This document shows positions 6,398 to 13,227 of a DNA stretch of 52,391 bases, in pieces (position 1 is the stretch's first letter; every line of letters starts with the position of its first letter). The DNA is from Candidatus Micrarchaeota archaeon (GTDB lineage Archaea > Micrarchaeota > Micrarchaeia > Norongarragalinales > SBBD01). The notes below the pieces were generated by a model. It did not search any database, was not told the DNA's origin, and saw nothing but the letters and a program-made list of their open reading frames with translations. Made by a program: the position numbers and the translations under genes. Location: assembly GCA_043806595.1 (NCBI GenBank), contig JAZDGU010000012.1, positions 1 through 52,391 of the forward strand. Reading direction: 5' to 3'.

Positions 6398-9300
6398 TCA
6401 CTTGACCTTCATCACGACCTTTACCTTGCCTGTTCCGCAGGGTATGGTCTGGCCGATGATGATGTTCTCGGCGATGCCCCTCAGCCGATCGGTCTCTCCC
6501 CCGACGCTCGCGTTGACGAGGTGCTTGGTGGTCTCCTCGAAGGCGGCGCGCGCGAGCACCGACGCCTTTTCACCCGCGAGGCCGTGCCTGCCTATGCTCT
6601 TGACCACGCCCTTGCTCGTCATCATGTCGGCGATGAGCGCGATGTGCCGGTAGTCGACCTTGAGGTCCTGTGCGGTGAGAACCTTCTGGATCTCGGTGAT
6701 GATGCTGTTGCGCGCAGCCTCGATGCCCAGCACGCGGTTGACCTCCATGGTGTCGTTCGTGGTGGTGCGCTCGGAGTCGACTTCCGGGATCTTCATGACG
6801 GCCTCGAGGTTCGTGCCCTCGGTCGCTATGGAATAGGTGCCGTCCTTCTCGATGATGATGGCGCGGTTGATGCCGGGGATTCCCTTGAGCACGTGCTCGC
6901 GGAGCTTGCTCGTGGTCTTGCGGATGGCCTTGAGCGTGTCCTGCGAGGGTATGACGAAGATGGCCTCGCCGCGGCGCTCGTAGTCGTTGACGGACTTGAT
7001 GGCCTTCAGGATTTCCTCCTCGCCGATTTTCAGTTCCTTGAGCTTGTCCTTGTTGAGCATGATGCGTATGCGCTTGGCCTGGAAGTCCTCCTTGATCTCG
7101 GCGATCTTGTTCAATGTAACCTGCTCGATGCCCGCTGCAATGTGCATGACCTTCTTGACGTCCTTGGCGTACTCGGGCTTGAGCACGATGTCCATGACCG
7201 GGCTCTTCGGGGTCTTGCGCGCATCCACGATTTCCACGAGGCGCGTGAACCCGAGCTGCGCGAGCGACGCGACGCCGGCGTAGTGGAACGTGCGGAGGGT
7301 GTTGTGCGTGACGATGCCGGAGAAGGTGGTGAAGGTCTCGAGGCCGTCGACGGAAAAGTCGTAGACGGGCTTCCGGGGGGCGTCGGCGTATTCAACGGAC
7401 ACTATCTCGTCCCATACGACGTCTTCCTCGGCCATCGCCTTGAGGAGGGAAAGCTCCTTTTCCAAACCGACGCCCTTGCTTTCCGCGGCATCGGCGAAGA
7501 GGCGCACGTATTTGCCGAGCGCGGTCTTCCCCACGAGCTGCTTCCTCGTGAAGTTGTTCACGAGGCGGGACGGGATTCCGGCCTTCCTTGCCGCGTCCGA
7601 AAACAGGCTGCCGAATCCGCCGACCATCTCCACGGCGTCGTAGGAGGCCCTTCCGGCGGGCTTGGCGCACAGCTTGTCCAAGGCTAGCCTTTTGCCTTCG
7701 GAATCGAACCCGACCTTTTCCCTGAAAACAGCGGCATAACGGTAGGACAAGACGAGCGTGAAGCCCTTCTTTTCCCTGCGAATCCTGCCGAACATGCCGA
7801 GGCGGTTGAGGAGGAGCGCCATGCCCTGCAGAAGCTCGAGCGAGAGCGAACTGGCGCGCATCACTCCCCGGGAAACGTTAACGTTGCCGTCGCCTTCAAA
7901 GTAGGCGCGGAGAAGCGAGCCGACGAATTCCTCGGGCGCGGAGAACGCGAACTCGGGCACGCGCTTGTCCCTCGAGCCCTTTCCGCATGTTTTGACGAGG
8001 AGTTCGGATAGGAGCGAGGAGCGGATGCTCAGGTCGTGGCCGCGCGCGAAGCCCCGGAAGTTGTCCTTCTCCGAATGGCCGGCGTTCAGCCTTTCGGCGA
8101 ATTGCCTCGCCTGCCGCAAGAACGCCTCGTCGGTGTTGGAGATGCTCACGAAGTATTTGGCTGCGCTGCCCTCGGAGAGGTAGGCCCCGATGAACCAGCC
8201 GGTCAAGGAATCGAGCGGCAGGCGCTCCGGCATGCGCACGCCGCCGTGGTGCTGCAGCGGGTAGATGAAGCCGTCCTCGACCTCGAACACGCTCTCGTGG
8301 TTCAAACGGTTGTGAAGCTGCTCCGCACAGACCGGAACGGTGAACGGAACTGCCTGGCCCGACCGTTCAGCCTGCATGGCCTTGCCGAGCTCGCTTCCGT
8401 GCCAGTAGCCGGCCTTGGGGAAGACATGCTCGAGGGGGTAGTCCGGCGTTGCCGCATCCAAGGGCAGGCTGCGGAGCACCGGGATGCGCTCCCCGGGCTT
8501 CAGCTGCCTGCCCGCGATGGGCACTATCCTGTTGTCCCTGCGTATCACGAAGGAATGGTTGTCGGTTGCGGTGATGCTGCGGCCGGAGCGGGTCGTAATC
8601 TTCAGGAGTTTCTTGTCGCAGAGGTGGCGGCTGCAGGCCTTGAGCCGCTTCCACTCTATCTTTCCCGCCTGCGTCAGGCTCGGCACCGCGACGTCCTCGG
8701 AACCGGGCACGTCGCAGACTTCTGTGGGGCCTTCCCTGGCGAAGCCGTGGCGGCCGAAAATCCCGTCGACGACCTCCCCGATGGGCCGGATGGCGACGCG
8801 CCCGTTCTCCTTGACGATGACCTTCTCGTCGAAGGCCAGCGACATCTGCGTGCCGGGCTCGCCGATGCTCTGCGCCGCGACGACGCCGACGGGCTCTCCG
8901 TAGGCGATGGGCTGGCCGCTCGGGTCCCTGCCGTCGTCGCCGTAGAGGAACTGCACGACGGTGCCCTCGGCGTCCCTCACGCTCAGATCCTCGTGCACGG
9001 TGAGGTCCTGGAGGGCGTTGATGAGCCTTCTCTGCATGTATCCCGTCTTCGCCGGGTTGACGCCCTTGTCGACGACGGAGTCCCTGCCGCCCGCGGCATG
9101 GAAGAAGTAGTGCAGGGGGTCGAGGCCCTCCTTGTAGTTGGCGGTGATGAACCCGCGCGAATAGCCCCCGAAGTCTCCCCTCTTGAAGTGGGGAAGAAGG
9201 CGGCCGTAGTAGCCCGCGGTCATGCGCTTGCCGCGGATGGCCTGCTGGCCCACCATGGCGGCCATCTGCACGACGTTGAGGAGCTTGCCCTTGGCGCCGG

Positions 9301-11392
9301 CCTTGCTCATGAGGATCGCGGAGTTCTGGAACATCTCCGTGTTGCCGAAATGCGCCGCGTGGCGCTGGATGTGCTTGAGAACTATCTTGCCGCACCTGTC
9401 CCTGGCGTCCTCGAGGATGCCCATGACCTGCTCCTCGAACGTGTCCTTGAGGGTCTTGCCGGGCTGGCGGACGAGCCGCTTGTTCACGAGCGCGTCGGTG
9501 AGCCTTTTCACGCCGTGGCGCGCCTCGCGGTGGATCTCGCGGATCTCCTTGACGGCAAGGTCGTCGAGCTTGTAGTCGGCGAGGGAAAGCGAGAGGCCGT
9601 ATTTGGTCGCGACGTGGTTGGAGAGCTTGGTGAGTGAGTCGAGGAAGTTGCGGGACTCCACTGCACCGAACCTCATGTACACCTCCTTCGTGAGCGCGTC
9701 GTTGGTCCTGCTGTCGATGTGGCCGGAGACCAGCCTGCCCTTCTTGATCTGAACGAGCGCGTCGTGCGAGCAGCGGTCCTTGGCCCACCAGTCGCAGTCG
9801 TGGCAGGCGACTTTCCTGTTCTTGCAGACCTTGTTCTTGAAGGAGAAGTCGAGCTTCTCGGGAAGGAGCATGCCGAAGAGCTCGCGCCCGGAGACCTCGC
9901 CGCTGATTTCCTTGGTGACTCCCGCGGCGTTGAGCAGCTCGCACGCCTCGGCCTTGGAGAAGCTCACCCCGGGAAGCGTCAGCAGGTAGAGGCCGGAAAT
10001 CTGGTCGAGGTCTGCAGTGATAATGGGCTCGCCGTTGCGCGGCGAAAGCACCTGCTCCTGCACCTTCATGAGGATTTCGGCCTCGGCCTGGGCCTCCTCG
10101 TTCTGCGGCACGTGGATGTTCATCTCGTCGCCGTCGAAGTCCGCGTTGTACGGCCTGCAGTCCGCGACGTTGAACCTGAAGGTCTTGCCGGGCAGCACCT
10201 TGGCGGTGTGGCACATCATGCTGACGCGGTGCAGCGAGGGTTGGCGGTTGAAGATGATGGTGTCGCCGTCCATGAGCTGGCGCTCGATTGTGAAGCCGAC
10301 GGCGATCTCGCCGAGGACCTCCTCCATGTTCGCGGGCGTTACCTTCTTGCGCTTGCCGTCCGGCCGGATGACGTAGTTTATCTTGTCGGTGTTCTCCTGA
10401 AGGAGCGCCTTGACCTGGTCGAGGTTCCACTCGTTGACGGTCAGCGGAAGCGTCAGCTCCCTGGCGATGCTCTCGGGCACGCCGAGCTCGTTGATGCCGA
10501 GCGTCGGGTCCGGCGAGATTACCGTGCGCGCGCTGAAGTTGACGCGTTTTCCGCTGAGGTTGTACCGGAACCTGCCCTCCTTGCCCTTGAGGCGCTGGAA
10601 GAGAGTGCGAAGCTGCCTGCCGGAGCGGTGGCGCGCCGGCGGAATTCCCGTGGTCTCGTTGTCGAAGTAAGTCACTACGTGGTACTGCAGCAGCTCCCAT
10701 AGGTCCTCGATGATGAGCTGGGGCGCGCCGGCGTCGATGTTCTCGGCAAGGCGCTGGTTTATGCGGATGATGTCCACGAGCTTGTGCGTCAGGTCGTCCT
10801 CGGAGCGTTCCCCGGTCTCGAGGGTGATGCTCGGCCTCACGCACACCGGGGGCACGGGCAAAACCGTAAGAACGAACCATTCGGGCCTGACCGCGACCTT
10901 GAGCGCGCGCAGGTCCTCGTCCGGGATGCGCTCGAGGCGCTCGCGGATCTCGGAAGGAAGGAGCTTGCGGTCGTCCTCGTAGAAGGAAGTCGGCCGGACG
11001 AACTTGACGGCCTTCTGCTTCTCGTCGCAGTGCGGGCATTCCGCGGTCTTGGTGGCCTTCTCCAGCGAGTCGATGTCGCGCAGGAGCCTGCCGCAGCGCC
11101 TGCACGTCGCTTTCAGAAGCTGGTATACGGCCTTGGCGTACCCGACGTGCACGACGGGCCGGACGAGCTCTATGTGGCCGAAGTGGCCGCCGCACGTCTT
11201 CATGCGGCCGCCGCACGTCTTGCAGCGCAGGCCGGGGTCGATTACGCCCAGGTGCTGGTCCGCGAGGCCGCCGCCGATCGGGTAGCCGTCCTCGTCGTAG
11301 GTGTCCGGCACGTTGATCTTCACCGCGGACATCTTGCGCATCTGCTCCGGTGAGAAGAACCCGAACTCTATGCCTTCGACGATTTTCATCAT
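6398..11392 (-). CDS. rpoA: DNA-directed RNA polymerase subunit Rpo1, fused A'+A'', intein-containing precursor
   Basis: N-terminal Zn sites, NRQPSLH, catalytic NADFDGD, GYMQRRL, then directly the A'' motifs GEPVGVVAAQSIGEPGTQM/TLRTFH and ARAAFEET. Confidence 0.97.
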   Translation of the reverse strand: MMKIVEGIEFGFFSPEQMRKMSAVKINVPDTYDEDGYPIGGGLADQHLGVIDPGLRCKTCGGRMKTCGGHFGHIELVRPVVHVGYAKAVYQLLKATCRRCGRLLRDIDSLEKATKTAECPHCDEKQKAVKFVRPTSFYEDDRKLLPSEIRERLERIPDEDLRALKVAVRPEWFVLTVLPVPPVCVRPSITLETGERSEDDLTHKLVDIIRINQRLAENIDAGAPQLIIEDLWELLQYHVVTYFDNETTGIPPARHRSGRQLRTLFQRLKGKEGRFRYNLSGKRVNFSARTVISPDPTLGINELGVPESIARELTLPLTVNEWNLDQVKALLQENTDKINYVIRPDGKRKKVTPANMEEVLGEIAVGFTIERQLMDGDTIIFNRQPSLHRVSMMCHTAKVLPGKTFRFNVADCRPYNADFDGDEMNIHVPQNEEAQAEAEILMKVQEQVLSPRNGEPIITADLDQISGLYLLTLPGVSFSKAEACELLNAAGVTKEISGEVSGRELFGMLLPEKLDFSFKNKVCKNRKVACHDCDWWAKDRCSHDALVQIKKGRLVSGHIDSRTNDALTKEVYMRFGAVESRNFLDSLTKLSNHVATKYGLSLSLADYKLDDLAVKEIREIHREARHGVKRLTDALVNKRLVRQPGKTLKDTFEEQVMGILEDARDRCGKIVLKHIQRHAAHFGNTEMFQNSAILMSKAGAKGKLLNVVQMAAMVGQQAIRGKRMTAGYYGRLLPHFKRGDFGGYSRGFITANYKEGLDPLHYFFHAAGGRDSVVDKGVNPAKTGYMQRRLINALQDLTVHEDLSVRDAEGTVVQFLYGDDGRDPSGQPIAYGEPVGVVAAQSIGEPGTQMSLAFDEKVIVKENGRVAIRPIGEVVDGIFGRHGFAREGPTEVCDVPGSEDVAVPSLTQAGKIEWKRLKACSRHLCDKKLLKITTRSGRSITATDNHSFVIRRDNRIVPIAGRQLKPGERIPVLRSLPLDAATPDYPLEHVFPKAGYWHGSELGKAMQAERSGQAVPFTVPVCAEQLHNRLNHESVFEVEDGFIYPLQHHGGVRMPERLPLDSLTGWFIGAYLSEGSAAKYFVSISNTDEAFLRQARQFAERLNAGHSEKDNFRGFARGHDLSIRSSLLSELLVKTCGKGSRDKRVPEFAFSAPEEFVGSLLRAYFEGDGNVNVSRGVMRASSLSLELLQGMALLLNRLGMFGRIRREKKGFTLVLSYRYAAVFREKVGFDSEGKRLALDKLCAKPAGRASYDAVEMVGGFGSLFSDAARKAGIPSRLVNNFTRKQLVGKTALGKYVRLFADAAESKGVGLEKELSLLKAMAEEDVVWDEIVSVEYADAPRKPVYDFSVDGLETFTTFSGIVTHNTLRTFHYAGVASLAQLGFTRLVEIVDARKTPKSPVMDIVLKPEYAKDVKKVMHIAAGIEQVTLNKIAEIKEDFQAKRIRIMLNKDKLKELKIGEEEILKAIKSVNDYERRGEAIFVIPSQDTLKAIRKTTSKLREHVLKGIPGINRAIIIEKDGTYSIATEGTNLEAVMKIPEVDSERTTTNDTMEVNRVLGIEAARNSIITEIQKVLTAQDLKVDYRHIALIADMMTSKGVVKSIGRHGLAGEKASVLARAAFEETTKHLVNASVGGETDRLRGIAENIIIGQTIPCGTGKVKVVMKVK
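7301..8842 (-). mobile_element. Intein (514 aa) with LAGLIDADG homing endonuclease in the Rpo1 trigger loop
   Basis: Interrupts EPGTQM|TLRTFH. Begins SLAFDE, has block B TATDNHSF and endonuclease motifs FIGAYLSEGS and LLRAYFEGDG, and ends IVTHN followed by Thr(+1). Confidence 0.95.
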
Positions 11393-11393
11393 A

Positions 11394-13202
11394 TCAACCC
11401 TTGTCCTTCAGGTGCAGCTTCGGGAATATGCCGATGGACGCCATCTCGTCCAGCAGGAGCTTGAACGCGTAGGAGAGCTCGACCTCGGAGACCGAGGAGC
11501 TCTCGCAGATGGGGCAGTAGACGCGGCTCTTGATCTTGTCGCTGACGGCGAGCGAGCCGCACTTGTTGCAGACGAGCTCTATCGCGCGGTCCGAGCTGTC
11601 GATCATGCGCTCCTTGAGGAGCGACGCGGCGCCGAAGCCGATGAAGCAGTCCCTCTCCATCTCCCCGAGCCTCAGGCCGCCCTCCCTCGCCCTGCCCTCG
11701 GTGGGCTGGTGGGTGAGCATCTGCACTGGCCCGCGCGAGCGCGCGTGCATCTTGAGGGACACCAGATGGTGGAGGCGCTGGTAGTACACGACGCCCATGA
11801 ATATCTTGGCGGAGAACACGCGGCCGGTGTAGCCGTCGTAGAGGGTCTCCTCGCCCGTCGCCCTGAAGCCGTATTTCTTCATGACGTCCTCGTAGTCGTC
11901 CTGGGAGTCGCCGGAGAAGGAAGTCCCGTCGCGGATGCTGCCTTCAAGGCACGCCGCCTTCGCCCCGAGCATCTCCAGCAGGTGGCCGGCGGTCATGCGG
12001 CCGGGGATTGCGTGCGGGTTGATGATGAGGTCGGGGACGATGCCGTCCTTGTTGAAAGGCATGTCCTCCTGGGGCACGAGTAGGGCCACAACTCCCTTCT
12101 GGCCGTAGCGCGAGGCGAACTTGTCGCCGATTTCCGGGACGTTCGTCTTGCGCACGCGCACCTTCACGAACCTGTTGCCCGAGAGGCTCTCGCTGAGCAT
12201 GACCGCATCGACGATTCCTTCCTCGTTGCTCCTCACTGTGATGGAGCTCTCGCGGCGGCGCTCGGTCTCGACGTCTATCGCTGAAATCTCCTTGAGGAAG
12301 CGCGGCGGCGAGGTCTTGCCCACGAGCGTCGCGTCGCCCGCGACGATCGTCTCCGGGGAAATCAGGCCGTTCTGGTCCAGCTGGCCGTAGGACTCCTCGC
12401 CGAGGAAGCCCTGCACGTATTCCGGAGGGACCTCGAACTTGTCCTTCTGCCCGCCGGGGTAGCGGCGTTCTTCGGTAGAATACGAGCGGAAGAACGCGCT
12501 CCGGCCTATTGCGCGGTCCACCGCGCCCTTGTTGAGCACCACCGCGTCGTTCATGTTGAAGCCGTAGAAGGACAGCACGGCGACTACGAAGTTCTGGCCG
12601 CTCGCGCGCTTGTGGTTCTGGAGGACATCATACGGCCGGGTCTGGATTATGGGGCGCTGGGGGTAGAAGAGCAGGTAACCGCGCGTCTCGGTGCGGAGGT
12701 TGAAGTTCGCCGCGTAAAGGCCGAGCGACTGCTTGGTGTGCTGGGCGGCCATGAGAACGCGCGGCGCCATGTTGTGCTCGAGGAACGGGATCTGGTTGCT
12801 CGCGTAGCCGAGCATGCCAATGGCGTCGATCTCGACGTGCGTGGTCTTCGGGTTGATGCCGTCCTCGGTCAGCGCGATGTGGGTGTTCTCCTCCTCCTCG
12901 GCGTCGAGGTATTCGACTATGCCCTTGGCGACGAGGTCCTTCCAGTGCAGCTCCTTGTTCCTGACCTTCTCCGCATGCTCGGGCAGGAAGGTGCTCTTGC
13001 CGTTCTTGACGACCACGAGCGGCCTGCGCGCGCGGCCCTCGTCCGTGTTGATGAACACCTCGTCGGTCTTGTGGTAGTAGGCGACGTTCATCTGCAGCGT
13101 AATCTCGCCCCTGCGGCGCTTCTCGCGCAGCTCGTGCGCGAGCTTGTCGCCCGCGTCGTGGAACCCCACGAACCTGCCGTTCAAGAACACGGATGCCTTC
13201 AT
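11394..13202 (-). CDS. rpoB1: DNA-directed RNA polymerase subunit B' (Rpo2 C-terminal half)
   Basis: EYLDAEEEEN, GDKFASR.GQKG, PDLIINPHA, QPTEGRAREGGLR.GEMERD and a C-terminal Zn ribbon. Confidence 0.97.
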   Translation of the reverse strand: MKASVFLNGRFVGFHDAGDKLAHELREKRRRGEITLQMNVAYYHKTDEVFINTDEGRARRPLVVVKNGKSTFLPEHAEKVRNKELHWKDLVAKGIVEYLDAEEEENTHIALTEDGINPKTTHVEIDAIGMLGYASNQIPFLEHNMAPRVLMAAQHTKQSLGLYAANFNLRTETRGYLLFYPQRPIIQTRPYDVLQNHKRASGQNFVVAVLSFYGFNMNDAVVLNKGAVDRAIGRSAFFRSYSTEERRYPGGQKDKFEVPPEYVQGFLGEESYGQLDQNGLISPETIVAGDATLVGKTSPPRFLKEISAIDVETERRRESSITVRSNEEGIVDAVMLSESLSGNRFVKVRVRKTNVPEIGDKFASRYGQKGVVALLVPQEDMPFNKDGIVPDLIINPHAIPGRMTAGHLLEMLGAKAACLEGSIRDGTSFSGDSQDDYEDVMKKYGFRATGEETLYDGYTGRVFSAKIFMGVVYYQRLHHLVSLKMHARSRGPVQMLTHQPTEGRAREGGLRLGEMERDCFIGFGAASLLKERMIDSSDRAIELVCNKCGSLAVSDKIKSRVYCPICESSSVSEVELSYAFKLLLDEMASIGIFPKLHLKDKG

Positions 13203-13227
13203 GATACCACTTGATATGTGATTTCTC

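Noticed and set aside
5557..6439. Diversity-generating retroelement TR/VR pair
   Set aside because: Mismatches are third-position changes, not adenine-specific. The repeat is only 43 bp and there is no reverse transcriptase in the window.
8367..11216. 949-aa alternative-frame ORF inside rpoA
   Set aside because: Arg/Gly/Pro-rich off-frame product typical of high-GC coding DNA.
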